From an uncultured virus (IMG/VR IMGVR_UViG_3300022917_000009) (Duplodnaviria; Heunggongvirae; Uroviricota; Caudoviricetes): a stretch of 64,000 nucleotides of DNA. Shown piece by piece: positions 1 through 9,845 of the stretch. Position 1 is the stretch's first letter. Each line of letters starts with the position of its first letter. Made by a program: the position numbers and the translations under genes. The notes under the pieces are model-generated. The model saw only the letters and a list, made by a program, of their open reading frames with translations. It was not told where the DNA came from and did no database searches. The DNA is taken from the IMG/VR virus record IMGVR_UViG_3300022917_000009; one strand, written 5' to 3'.

Positions 1-59
1 TGTCAGCTTTGTCACAACCGCCACGACGCCGCACACCGCCGAGAGACGAGGAAGAAGAA

Positions 60-665
60 ATGAAGACCGCGACCGAAACCGCCGTGCCGCTGCTGCTCTC
101 CGCCCCGATGGCGAGGGCGTACGGGGCCGACTTGAAGGATCGCACCCGCCGTGGTCTCCGCGTGCCGAAGCGATGGGGCGACGTGGACCTGCGAGAGTAC
201 GACCTCGAATACCACTACCCCGTGACGGGCGAGGTCTCGTTCTCGCACAAGGTCACGAAGGAGCGCGTGGTGTTTCGCCTTCCCTATCGCGTCGGGCGCA
301 CCATCGTCTTCAAGGAAACGTGGTGCGAGTACCGGAAGGGCCGCTACATTTACCGAGCCGACTACGACCAGTTTACGCCGATCAGCGATGGCATCGGGGG
401 GCCGTGGAAGTCTGCACTCTTCATGCCAATCATCGCCGCGCGCTTCACCCCGCGCATCCTCGCCGTCAGGGTGGAGCGGCTGCTGGACATCACGGAGGAG
501 GACGCGATTGCGGAGGGGATGCAGGCTCCCGGAATTCCTGCGGCACTCACCAACGTCTCCGCATTCCTGACTTATTGGGACTCCCTCCACGGCCCGGGCG
601 CGCACAGGGAGAATCCGTGGGTGGCGTGTGTGACTTTTGAACGATTCCAAGGAGCAACGAAATGA
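60..665 (+). CDS. ASCH/PUA-like phage protein
   Basis: PLLLSAPMARA..KDRTRR, WKSALFMP, VRVERLLDITEEDAIAEG, NPWV match the common phage ASCH-like family; ATG at 60 after purine-rich RBS. Confidence 0.75.
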   Translation: MKTATETAVPLLLSAPMARAYGADLKDRTRRGLRVPKRWGDVDLREYDLEYHYPVTGEVSFSHKVTKERVVFRLPYRVGRTIVFKETWCEYRKGRYIYRADYDQFTPISDGIGGPWKSALFMPIIAARFTPRILAVRVERLLDITEEDAIAEGMQAPGIPAALTNVSAFLTYWDSLHGPGAHRENPWVACVTFERFQGATK

Positions 666-961
666 GTCCCGGAAGCATCAGCCTGCAAGTCACTGCGGAC
701 CTTTGCCGCCAACTTCAGCACTCGGCGGAGGAGCGCGGCGAGACAGACCCGCACACCCAGACCGCAATGCTGGCGTTCGTGATTTCGTGCGTCGAAGTCG
801 CCCATCTAAACGACGCAAAGATGAAGCGGCTCGCAGCGTACCTGTCGCTATGGTCGCATGAGCAAGTGTCCGGCGAGGAGTTAGACTTGGACCCGCTCGT
901 GTTGGAGATTCAGAGGTACGAAGCAGTGCGCCAACCGCAGGCCAAGGAGAGGACAGAGTGA
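662..961 (+). CDS. hypothetical protein
   Basis: ATGA overlap with upstream gene, GGAG RBS. Confidence 0.6.
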   Translation: MSPGSISLQVTADLCRQLQHSAEERGETDPHTQTAMLAFVISCVEVAHLNDAKMKRLAAYLSLWSHEQVSGEELDLDPLVLEIQRYEAVRQPQAKERTE

Positions 962-1266
962 AGACAGCGACATTTAGACTGATAAAGGATGGCAACTGTA
1001 CCGCTCCCCGCATGGCAGTTGTCAGTGCCGCATCGGTGGCGAGCGTTGCCGAATCAGGAAAGGAACAGGGCGTGTTCTTCCCGTCGGACGAGCCCAGACC
1101 TGAATGGTGCGGTGATGAAAGCGACGCACGAACCTCGGCATATAACGCATGGTATGCCCGTCACCATCGCGACACGGAGACATGCGAAATCCGAACGTGG
1201 GGGGCCGTGTTGCAAGTCGCTGGCACCCTCGACGAAGTCTGCGCCAAGCTGGGGTGGACCACATGA
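958..1266 (+). CDS. hypothetical protein
   Basis: GTGA overlap, GGAGAGG RBS. Confidence 0.6.
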   Translation: MKTATFRLIKDGNCTAPRMAVVSAASVASVAESGKEQGVFFPSDEPRPEWCGDESDARTSAYNAWYARHHRDTETCEIRTWGAVLQVAGTLDEVCAKLGWTT

Positions 1267-1300
1267 GCATCGACCCCGCCAAGATGGGACCGGGATTCCG

Positions 1301-1981
1301 ATGACCAAGCCCCTCCAAATTCTCCGCGACACCAGAGAAAAATTGCCGCTCTTCTCCCGCCCGAACTGCGGCGTCACCTCCTCAATCGTGACGCTGCCGA
1401 CGGGGGACTACTCGCTGCCGGGGCACTCGGGGCGGGATGGGGAGGTCGCCGGGGTCTGCATCGAACGAAAGAGCGGCATGGACGAACTGATTCATAACTT
1501 CACCAAGGGCCGCGCGCGCTTCACTCGCGAACTCTGGCGCATGTGCGGGTATCGCGTCGCCGTTATCATCGTCGAGGGGGAGACGGAAGGCGGCCTCGCG
1601 CTTCACGCATATCAATCTGAACTCGGACCCGATCAAGTCCTTGCCAACATGAGGGCGATCACCGAGAAATACCGCGTCGAGATTCGGTTAGTCCCCGACA
1701 GGTTGCGCGCGGAGTGGGAGATTCTGGGAGTCTTCCGGCGCTACCTAAAACGCCTGAAAGACTACGAGAAATCCCGCGTGAAGATACACGAGGTTTTGAA
1801 GGCCGCGAGGGTTGGGCTGGCAGAGGAGGACGAGGATTTGGCAACGGTGTTGCAAGCCGACTGGAACGAAATGAGGCTCAGGGTCGCGACGCTGGAGTCT
1901 CTGATTGTCGCCAAGGACGGATACGCCGAGACGTTGGAAGCGAGACTCGCCGCACTCGAAGGGGAAAGGAAGCAGGGATGA
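1301..1981 (+). CDS. ERCC4-domain (XPF/Mus81-like) nuclease
   Basis: ILRDTREK, LPTGDYSL, CIERKS, GRARFTREL motifs; C-terminal coiled coil. Confidence 0.8.
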   Translation: MTKPLQILRDTREKLPLFSRPNCGVTSSIVTLPTGDYSLPGHSGRDGEVAGVCIERKSGMDELIHNFTKGRARFTRELWRMCGYRVAVIIVEGETEGGLALHAYQSELGPDQVLANMRAITEKYRVEIRLVPDRLRAEWEILGVFRRYLKRLKDYEKSRVKIHEVLKAARVGLAEEDEDLATVLQADWNEMRLRVATLESLIVAKDGYAETLEARLAALEGERKQG

Positions 1982-2334
1982 GTCGAGATGGAATGAACTA
2001 CGAAGAATTAATGGGCGAACGAATCACCGCACTCGACCTTGAACTCACTAGGAACAAGCTGGCGCTGTGCGAGCATTTACTGGCGACGCGAGACCGAACA
2101 ATTGAACGCATGGCCGAAGAGCGCGCGACGATGGAGAGGGTCATCCGGCGCACAGCCCACATATCATACATCTTCGGCGCGTGGGAGAATCAGAAGAAGG
2201 ATAAGGAAGACAAGAGCTGCACAACCGTGGAGCAGATAGACGCCGTGGCAGAAACCTGCACCGAGATGCAGGCGTATGATTCGCTCATCGACATCATCAT
2301 CGCGCGCGCCAAGAAGGAGGCGGGGAGTCAGTGA
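1978..2334 (+). CDS. hypothetical coiled-coil protein
   Basis: ATGA overlap at 1978-1981. Confidence 0.6.
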   Translation: MSRDGMNYEELMGERITALDLELTRNKLALCEHLLATRDRTIERMAEERATMERVIRRTAHISYIFGAWENQKKDKEDKSCTTVEQIDAVAETCTEMQAYDSLIDIIIARAKKEAGSQ

Positions 2335-2891
2335 TCCCCGTCGTCGCCCTCTACTCCGCCATCTGCGCCGAGGACGCGAAGCCTTTCGACCTCGACGAAT
2401 TCGAGCGCCAACTCGAACGGATCAAACAGTTCCACCGGCTTGATCACGTAGAGATGGCGCTCGAATGGTGGCGCCGAGTTGGCCGAGGGCGATACCCCAA
2501 GATATTCGACAAGGTTTTCCGCAACCCTCTGCTACTCCACGAGGGCGGTATGATCCACCTCGCCATGTACGAAATCATCAGGACTCGCGCCCATGCAGAC
2601 TTCGTTGCCCGGAACCCACCGGAGCCCGCCGCGGCAGGCCGCCGACATAGACATCGAAAAGAAGATGGTGATTCTGCCGACAACATGGATGAGTCACACC
2701 TGCCGTCAGAGTCAGGTGATGGGAGTGGCGCTGAGGATTCGGGTGTTCAATCACAAGCTCCTCTTCAGCCGGGAGACGGGAGTGCGGTATTGCTGCCCGC
2801 ATCTGACGCCGAATCAGGCGCGGCAACTGGCGGCGAACTGGGAGATTCTGATTCTGATGAAGAAGGCGGAGGCGACCACGCTTTGCCATAG
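2331..2891 (+). CDS. hypothetical protein (acidic tail overlaps next ORF)
   Basis: GTGA-coupled start; 3' half overlaps 2593..3009. Confidence 0.45.
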   Translation: MIPVVALYSAICAEDAKPFDLDEFERQLERIKQFHRLDHVEMALEWWRRVGRGRYPKIFDKVFRNPLLLHEGGMIHLAMYEIIRTRAHADFVARNPPEPAAAGRRHRHRKEDGDSADNMDESHLPSESGDGSGAEDSGVQSQAPLQPGDGSAVLLPASDAESGAATGGELGDSDSDEEGGGDHALP

Positions 2892-3009
2892 CGTTCTCGG
2901 CGACAGCAGGAAACACGTCCTGCACTTGCTGGGGATACCGTTCTACGTCGAGGCGCAGGTGTATAATACGAAGGGCGAAATTGTGATGGACAACGGAGAA
3001 TTGATTTAG
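2593..3009 (+). CDS. hypothetical protein
   Basis: protein-like composition, ends just before convergent terminator; start uncertain. Confidence 0.45.
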   Translation: MQTSLPGTHRSPPRQAADIDIEKKMVILPTTWMSHTCRQSQVMGVALRIRVFNHKLLFSRETGVRYCCPHLTPNQARQLAANWEILILMKKAEATTLCHSVLGDSRKHVLHLLGIPFYVEAQVYNTKGEIVMDNGELI

Positions 3010-3065
3010 AACCCTCGCGGCGTCGGCGGTAACTACGGCTGCCCGGCAAACGAGCGAAAACCAAT

Positions 3066-3103
3066 CTCCCGCCGGGTCCACAACCTCGGCGGGAGTTCTA
3101 TTT
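3066..3103 (+). terminator. intrinsic terminator between convergent operons
   Basis: CTCCCGCCG...CGGCGGGAG stem followed by TTCTATTT. Confidence 0.65.
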
Positions 3104-6100
3104 CTACGGCGTTACGCGAGCAGCATCGGACTTTACCTTGGCCTCTTCAGCCGCCTTCTTGCGCTTCGTCTCCAACTCCTCGCGAGCGCGTTCGGCGAGT
3201 TCCACCTTCTTCTCGTTGAGTCCTTTAATCTTTTTCGACTTCTCGGCGCCGGTCATGTACGGGTCGTCGGCGATTTTGCGAATCTGCGCTTGCAGAGAGC
3301 CGAGGCGGGACACGACGTTGCGGAGCCGCGGGGCGCTGCGAATCGCGTCCTCATTCTCGGCGAGATACGCCTTCGCCTGCGCGTTCGTGAAGGCCCCCTT
3401 TCGAATCGTGGACAATCCGAGAGCCTTCTCCTCCGACTTCTTCGCCTCCTCGTAGACCTTGGAGACATCGGCGCTATACGAGTTGTCGGGGAAGGATACG
3501 AAGCTGGAAACGAGGCCGGAAGCGATGGGGATGTCCCGCATCGGGTCCAGCGCCAACGCCTCGCCGGGAGCCTTTGCCGCCGGGTCGCCTTGCTCGGATC
3601 GCGTCTGGATCATGCGGGCAACCAAGTCCGCGCCCTTGATGAGGTCGGAACCGAAAGCACCGAACAAGTCCTTGGTCATAGCCTCGATTCGCCGCGGGGA
3701 TGCCGCCTGCTTGAAGCGTTCGGGGAGTACGCCCGACAGCCCCTCGCCGAGAGCGCGCACACTCCGCGAAGTGTTCGGCCCGTACTGAAGAAACGGCTCG
3801 GAACCCAGTTCGGACTCCGGCACAATCGGACGCTGGGTGAACGGCTGGTAGTTCATGGACTGGTGCAGCATCGGGCCGAGAATGGGCACGTTCGATGCCG
3901 TGTCCACCGGGTCTATGGGGACTTGGAAAGTCTGTCCCATGTTGTAGAGCAGGCGATCGAGCAATAGCTTCCCGTCGGCGCGCTCCATTGCAAGGTCAGC
4001 CATGCGCTCGCCGAAGGTTCCGAATAGACCGAACTCGAAGGGTTTGCGTACACGCACGCGAATGGGCGCCTGCCCCTCGCCGGTGTTGATGAACATGGTC
4101 GTGTAGTAGTCCTTCGACCAGTCCTCCTCGCGCTGCATTTCCTTCGGATGGTTCGCCCAGTTCCACAGACGGTTCCCCGCCGCGGCGAGAGAGTAGGCCA
4201 CGCCGAACGCGAGGAACTTGGGCACGCTCTTCCCGAACATCTTGATCGTCGTGCTCTTGTCCTTGCCGGTAAGAGAACGGCCAATCTTCAGAAGCCCGGA
4301 CTGCTTGGCGCCGAAGAAGGGGAGTACGTCGGCCATGAATTTGATAAACGGATTCCGGCCTCGGCGCTGGTAGTTCATCACGTCGGCGCCACGCCAACCG
4401 GCCTCGACAGGATCAGCGCCCTGCGAGAGAGCGCGCTTGTGCTCGGCGAGGCGGACCATGTTCTCCGAAACGTCGCGGAGTTTTTCGTACCAGTCCTTGA
4501 AACTATCCCAGCTATCAATGAATACGTTCCCGCTACCGCCGTGCTCCTTCTCAATCGACGACTGAGCGCGCGCCCATGAGTCCTGCGGGGAGGAACCATA
4601 TCGGCTCCCCTGATACCCGCCGGAGGTCTTGAACCGCCAGTAATCCTGATTGCGCGTGTAGATGTCCCGTGCCGCCGACGCGACCTCCTTGGCGTAATCG
4701 GTCAGGCCGTACTTGCCGCGGCCCAGCGCGAAGGACTGCTGAAAGTCGGCGGGGATTTGGTTGAGCAGGAACTTCGGGTGCAGCGTCACAATGTCCTGAA
4801 ACACTCGGCGGAGCGTCTTCAGGATTTTGGGCGTGCTGCCTCCGGCGTTCGGGAACTCGGCGAGAGCCTCGTACAACTTCGGATTCTCAATCTTGAAGTA
4901 TGCACGCTTCCCGTCGCGCAGAGTCGTGACTATCCCCGCCTCCCGCATCTTATTCGGGGCGGAGCCGTACTGGCTCTGCACCTCATGGAACGGCAACTCC
5001 TTCGCCATACTGAATTCGACGAAGTTGTCCACGTTCTGATTCGCGGCGATGTTCTTCATGCCGTTCTGAATCAGATGGGACATCATCTGCACTTCGTTGT
5101 GGAAGAGGTTCCCGAGAGGGACATCCTTGCCCTTGATGGTCTGGATAGAGTCGCGCAGGTTCACCGTCCCGCGCTCATTCTGCGGGCCGTAGACTTCGGT
5201 GTAGTTGCCGCCCTCGTCCGCCTTCTGCCGGAAGAACGGGAGATAGAACTCGCGCTCCCACTGCTTGCGGATTTCGGGATTAACAAGCCCGGACTTCTCG
5301 GCGAAATCGAGGACGGACGTGCGCCACTTTTGAAGCTCTGCCGCCTTCTGAGCGACAGTGACATCCGTCCCCGGAATCTTCTGCTTGCCCAAGTCGGCGA
5401 ACTGCTTGGCCTCGGCGATGGAGAGATTCCGCTCTGTGCCGCGGACGTGCTCCTCCAAGGCGCGCTTGCCCATGGTGTAGGCGTACACGTCGTCTCGGTA
5501 TCCGGCCTTCACCGCGTCGCCCATGATGTCAGCGTACGACTTGCTGCCTTCGATGAGCTTGGGGGCGCCGTGCTCGTCTACGGTGTACTGCCCGTTCTTG
5601 TAGAACCCTTCGATGACACCGGAGGCGTTGCGAGCGTTCTCGGTCTTCTTGTAGCCGGATCGCCCGCCGTCCTCAAATATTCCATGGGCGAGTTCCACGG
5701 CGCGCACAGGGGCCTGAGCGTCGAAGAATTCCTGCTCGGCGTAGGCGCGCTTGCCGCCCGTCGCCTTCACGTCGGCGCCGACCTCTGCGCCCTTTGCGAG
5801 GAGTTTCTCCTTCATGCTCTTCGCCGAGTCCTCGTCGGACATCAGCCCGCCCTTCTTCTCGGCGACATCCTTCAGGCCCGGGTTGCGGTCGAAGAGCGTC
5901 TGCTTGATGGAGAACATGGGGCCGTACTCGTCTGCCGCACTCGCCCCGGCCTTCCCGCTGCGAACCTTTCCCTCGACGGTATCGAGCGCGCGAAGAACCT
6001 GCCCGGCCACGGTGTTGCGGCGAACCTTGTAGTAGACCTGCCGGGCGAAGTTCGCAATGCGCCGGAAGAGCGGGACGTTGGAGTCCTTCAGCCGAGACCA

Positions 6101-8335
6101 GAACCCGGTGTCCACCGCGTGCTTTTCAAACAGCCCGGCGAGCGCTTCCTCGCGGACCTTGGCTGGCGCCGGTTCCTCACCGAAGACCTTGCGGTGCATG
6201 TCGGTGTAGGCTGCTTCCTCTGCGCCGAGGTTGACGTTCTCTGCCGCCCATTCGCCGAACTCCTGCATCACTTCAGGGTGCTGGCGCGTGATGACGTGGA
6301 CAGCCTCGTGCGCGAGAGTGGCGCCGATGGGATTGCGCTCCCCGCCGGTCTTCACATTACCGGGAGCCACGTCGTAGTTGAGATGGATCGTGTCCTTGCC
6401 GTCGCGGCGAATCACCACACCGTTGATGGGCGAGCCGTCGGGCGCTTCTGACTTGAAGAACTGCACGTCGGCGCCGAGACGGGCACCGAGAGTGCGAGCC
6501 TGCTTGTGGACCGAAGTGTCGGCCTCGACGATCTTGCCGAGGTTAGAGGCGTCGGGCTTTGCGCCGGGCAGGATGCGTTCGGAGAGGGAGAGCTTCGGCT
6601 CTTCGATGACTGGCGGCGCCGCATCACTCGCCGATGGTGCCGCCTCGACGCCGCTTCTTGCGGGCTCGACGAAAGGGACTGTGCCCTCGGCGGACTCCTT
6701 CGGCGCCACGGGATTCGGAACTGCGGGCTCAACTTCTACTTTTTTCGACGCAGGCTTCTTGGCCGTACGCAGGAACGCAACGCTCTCTTCGGGAGAGGCA
6801 AGCACCCATCCTTCGGGAACCTTCTTCAAGACCTGACCGTCTGGCCCCTGCTTAAACTTTGGCGCCTTGCGCGTAACGTCGATGAAGTCATTCGCGACCT
6901 GCGGGCCGGGAGGGACAACTTCAGCTACGGGTTCCACCACGGGAGGCGCGACGGCAACCTCTTCCACCGGCTTGGGTGGAGACGGGGGAATCTCGATTGG
7001 AGCCACGCGCTTGCTGAGTTGTTCCTCGCGGACTGCATCGTCGAGTTCCATCGCCCGGCGGATCGGTTCTGCCTGTGACGTGTCGGTGCGAACCAAGGGC
7101 TCGGGGATCGGAATTAGTTCAGACTCGGGGGCGGCAACGGGAGACTCGACAGGAACCGCTTCATCCGTCGGCGCCGCCAACTCCACCGGACCCGCTTCCG
7201 CCTCCTTGAACTTCGCCTGCCCGTAGGGAATGACCTCTTCCACCGTCGGCGAGGTGCGAACGCGGTAGCCCTGATTGCCGGGGTCCAAGCCGAGAAACTC
7301 GCCTTCGGCAACGCTGCCATCGCCGAGAGTGACAAGCATCTTGGAACCGGCCAGCGCATCCGCCCGCTCCTTGCGAATCGCTGCCATCTCGGGATCGTCA
7401 GTGTAACTCGCCGTGGCCTCGAAAGCATCGTGCGCGCCGCCCACATTCTCGGGAGTCGCCTTGGCTACAATCTTGTCGCGCGCCGCCTTCTTCGCCCGCT
7501 TGGCCGCGCCCATCCCCATGAGACCACCATCGCCCATGCCGTGCATCGGGCCGGAGAACACAGAGCCGCCTGCCGTCGCTGCCAACACGCGCGGGATACT
7601 GATTTTGCCCGTCTCGGCCTTCTCGCGGTACGCCTCCATGCCGCCCTGAATGCCTCCGCCCATGAGGTTGCCAGCCGCGCCCACAATGCGGGGATCGTTG
7701 GCCGCCTCCTTGGCGCCCATCTTCGCCATGCCCATTAGCGTCTTGATGTCTGCCGCGGGATTGGTCGGACGGAATGTTGCAGCCGCGGGGGCCAAATCAC
7801 CGGCGAGAGCGGACCACGGGTTTTCCTTCCGGGACGCGCCGCGGAGTTCCTCGTACTTGCGCTGGGCGTCGGGGCCGGAGCCGAAGGTTTCGGATTCCTG
7901 AATGTATCCCTGCGCCTTGTCTCCGGCAATGCCGCCACCGATGCCGCCGAGGATGCCACCGGCCAGCATGGTAAGCGGGTTCATGCCGAGAGCGCCGAGG
8001 CCAGCACCGGTCGCCGCGCCAGCACCGATGCCCGTCAGCGTGGGCACAACTCCCTCAACCGCCTCGTTGGCGAAGGTGTCCCAAGCGCCGAGGGGTTCGG
8101 TCGTGAGAGCCCGCTTCCGCGCAGGGTCCGGTGCAATGCCGGGAGCGCCCATGCCGGAAGCGCGCGCACCTGCCGAGGTCTGCCGCAAGCCACCCACAAA
8201 CTCGGGGTCGCTCTGCTCGGCGTGCTTCATAATCAGCGGCTCAAGCTCCTTCTCGTCATCGTCGAGGAGCCCGGCGTTCAACCGCTTGTAGAAGTCGCGA
8301 AGTTCGGCCTTGTCGATTTCAGTAAGAGGCATCAC
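3104..8335 (-). CDS. large polyvalent/ejection (internal virion) protein with zincin-like HExxH and C-terminal LPD38-like domain
   Basis: 1743 aa; Gly-rich hydrophobic N-terminal segment; LAHEAVH...EEALA; RKPFEFG...PFTQRPIVP...YGPNTS...SPRRIE..LFGAFG; last gene of virion module. Confidence 0.7.
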   Translation of the reverse strand: MMPLTEIDKAELRDFYKRLNAGLLDDDEKELEPLIMKHAEQSDPEFVGGLRQTSAGARASGMGAPGIAPDPARKRALTTEPLGAWDTFANEAVEGVVPTLTGIGAGAATGAGLGALGMNPLTMLAGGILGGIGGGIAGDKAQGYIQESETFGSGPDAQRKYEELRGASRKENPWSALAGDLAPAAATFRPTNPAADIKTLMGMAKMGAKEAANDPRIVGAAGNLMGGGIQGGMEAYREKAETGKISIPRVLAATAGGSVFSGPMHGMGDGGLMGMGAAKRAKKAARDKIVAKATPENVGGAHDAFEATASYTDDPEMAAIRKERADALAGSKMLVTLGDGSVAEGEFLGLDPGNQGYRVRTSPTVEEVIPYGQAKFKEAEAGPVELAAPTDEAVPVESPVAAPESELIPIPEPLVRTDTSQAEPIRRAMELDDAVREEQLSKRVAPIEIPPSPPKPVEEVAVAPPVVEPVAEVVPPGPQVANDFIDVTRKAPKFKQGPDGQVLKKVPEGWVLASPEESVAFLRTAKKPASKKVEVEPAVPNPVAPKESAEGTVPFVEPARSGVEAAPSASDAAPPVIEEPKLSLSERILPGAKPDASNLGKIVEADTSVHKQARTLGARLGADVQFFKSEAPDGSPINGVVIRRDGKDTIHLNYDVAPGNVKTGGERNPIGATLAHEAVHVITRQHPEVMQEFGEWAAENVNLGAEEAAYTDMHRKVFGEEPAPAKVREEALAGLFEKHAVDTGFWSRLKDSNVPLFRRIANFARQVYYKVRRNTVAGQVLRALDTVEGKVRSGKAGASAADEYGPMFSIKQTLFDRNPGLKDVAEKKGGLMSDEDSAKSMKEKLLAKGAEVGADVKATGGKRAYAEQEFFDAQAPVRAVELAHGIFEDGGRSGYKKTENARNASGVIEGFYKNGQYTVDEHGAPKLIEGSKSYADIMGDAVKAGYRDDVYAYTMGKRALEEHVRGTERNLSIAEAKQFADLGKQKIPGTDVTVAQKAAELQKWRTSVLDFAEKSGLVNPEIRKQWEREFYLPFFRQKADEGGNYTEVYGPQNERGTVNLRDSIQTIKGKDVPLGNLFHNEVQMMSHLIQNGMKNIAANQNVDNFVEFSMAKELPFHEVQSQYGSAPNKMREAGIVTTLRDGKRAYFKIENPKLYEALAEFPNAGGSTPKILKTLRRVFQDIVTLHPKFLLNQIPADFQQSFALGRGKYGLTDYAKEVASAARDIYTRNQDYWRFKTSGGYQGSRYGSSPQDSWARAQSSIEKEHGGSGNVFIDSWDSFKDWYEKLRDVSENMVRLAEHKRALSQGADPVEAGWRGADVMNYQRRGRNPFIKFMADVLPFFGAKQSGLLKIGRSLTGKDKSTTIKMFGKSVPKFLAFGVAYSLAAAGNRLWNWANHPKEMQREEDWSKDYYTTMFINTGEGQAPIRVRVRKPFEFGLFGTFGERMADLAMERADGKLLLDRLLYNMGQTFQVPIDPVDTASNVPILGPMLHQSMNYQPFTQRPIVPESELGSEPFLQYGPNTSRSVRALGEGLSGVLPERFKQAASPRRIEAMTKDLFGAFGSDLIKGADLVARMIQTRSEQGDPAAKAPGEALALDPMRDIPIASGLVSSFVSFPDNSYSADVSKVYEEAKKSEEKALGLSTIRKGAFTNAQAKAYLAENEDAIRSAPRLRNVVSRLGSLQAQIRKIADDPYMTGAEKSKKIKGLNEKKVELAERAREELETKRKKAAEEAKVKSDAARVTP

Positions 8336-9837
8336 TGCCCTCCGAGGTAGGAGTAACCGGAAATGTCAACTTCGCCATTCTGGATGCGGCGAACAAGGTC
8401 GGAAGTGATCGTGATCGGCTGCCCGTCTGGCCCGGCGAGAACGTCGTTCACACGGATAGCTCCCTGATACGGAGCGCCCTGCGCATCCACGATTCCGAAA
8501 GGCGTGGCGGGGAGAGAAATCTCCTCCTGCATCTCCATGCCCATCGGCGAGACGGCGGACATCTGCGGAGCCATCGCCGCGGCCTTCTGACGCTTCATCT
8601 GCGTGATGAATCCGGCAGACTCCGGGTTTGGGCCAGCACCGTAGGACGCTTTGGGGGCGAGCGCGCTGTCGAGTTGCGCCTTGAAGAAGTTCTTCGCGGT
8701 GTCGTCCATGCCAAGGCGGTCCGCCTGATCCAACGCCGTCATCGCCTTGGAAGCAGCGGCCATCGGGTCGGGGCGAAGCGTGTGCAGCATATCCTGCGCG
8801 GCCTTATCGTCGAAGGTCATGCCGCCCGTCGTCGAGCGTTTGAGGCCAACACGCACGGCGTTCTGGACTTCCTCCGGGGCGTAGTGCGCAGACATCGCCT
8901 GCTCAAACGCGCGGGCATCCTGCTCTGCCATTTGCTGCGACTGCTGAATGAGAGCCACGCGCCCGGAGTTGCCGTACGCGCCGCCACCATCCCCGCTATA
9001 ACGCATCTTCGCCTCGTCCAACTGCGCTTGATTCTGCGCGGCCTGCGAGTCGTTTATCATCCCACGCTCAAGAATTGCCGAGAGCGGATTCTGCATCGCC
9101 TCATATGCTTGCGCCTCGCCCATGTTTCCGCGCTGGGCGGCGTCGATCATCTGCTGCTGCGCAAACTGAAGGCGCGCATTCGGATCGGACGGAAGCGGCT
9201 GAGGCCCGGCGAAGCGTGTGACCATCGGCTGCCCACTGCCAATGTCGGCGCGAGAGAAGGTGCCGGGAGGGACGTTGCCCGCGGCTTCTGCTTGGAGGTA
9301 CTGCGCCGGGACCCCCTCGGCGATAGAGCGTGGAAATTCGGAGAGCGGACCTTCGACGGCATTTGTCTCGCGCTGTTCCGGCTGAGAGCCAAGAGCCCCC
9401 GCCAGAAGCGCTGAGAGCATGTCATTCCCGCCGCCACCGCTCATCGACGCCTGCTGAGGGGAAGGCGCGCCCATCTGCATCATGCCCTCGCCGTTATTCA
9501 GACCCATGGCCCCGGCATTCGGGTTCTGCTTCAGCATATTCGCGAGCGCGTTCTGCCGCTGAGGCGTGCCCGCTACTGCACCCGGAGGAGGAGCTTGTGG
9601 CATTGTGGGCGCAACGATCTGTTGTGCGCCTTGAAATGCCTGCTGGGGCACCATCGTTGAAGCAATCGGGTTCGTCGTCTGAATGGCAGACAATGCCTTG
9701 GACAGTAACGATTGGAGAGGGTCTTCCCCCATCGTCGCGTTCGCCGCCGCGTCCCGCTCTTCTTTTTCTTTCCGACGAGTTTCTTCCGCGATTTGCTGGA
9801 CGTACTTTTGAATCTCGTCGTAGTGGCGGGTCTGCAT
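8332..9837 (-). CDS. putative ejection/DNA-transfer protein
   Basis: 501 aa, Q/A/M/G-rich, position among internal virion genes. Confidence 0.5.
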   Translation of the reverse strand: MQTRHYDEIQKYVQQIAEETRRKEKEERDAAANATMGEDPLQSLLSKALSAIQTTNPIASTMVPQQAFQGAQQIVAPTMPQAPPPGAVAGTPQRQNALANMLKQNPNAGAMGLNNGEGMMQMGAPSPQQASMSGGGGNDMLSALLAGALGSQPEQRETNAVEGPLSEFPRSIAEGVPAQYLQAEAAGNVPPGTFSRADIGSGQPMVTRFAGPQPLPSDPNARLQFAQQQMIDAAQRGNMGEAQAYEAMQNPLSAILERGMINDSQAAQNQAQLDEAKMRYSGDGGGAYGNSGRVALIQQSQQMAEQDARAFEQAMSAHYAPEEVQNAVRVGLKRSTTGGMTFDDKAAQDMLHTLRPDPMAAASKAMTALDQADRLGMDDTAKNFFKAQLDSALAPKASYGAGPNPESAGFITQMKRQKAAAMAPQMSAVSPMGMEMQEEISLPATPFGIVDAQGAPYQGAIRVNDVLAGPDGQPITITSDLVRRIQNGEVDISGYSYLGGQ

Positions 9838-9845
9838 CGGCGTCC

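Noticed and set aside
4757..6451. Long plus-strand ORFs opposite structural genes (also 20299..21771, 28187..29800, 36931..38253)
   Set aside because: Antisense shadows of high-GC coding genes, with no RBS or recognisable motifs
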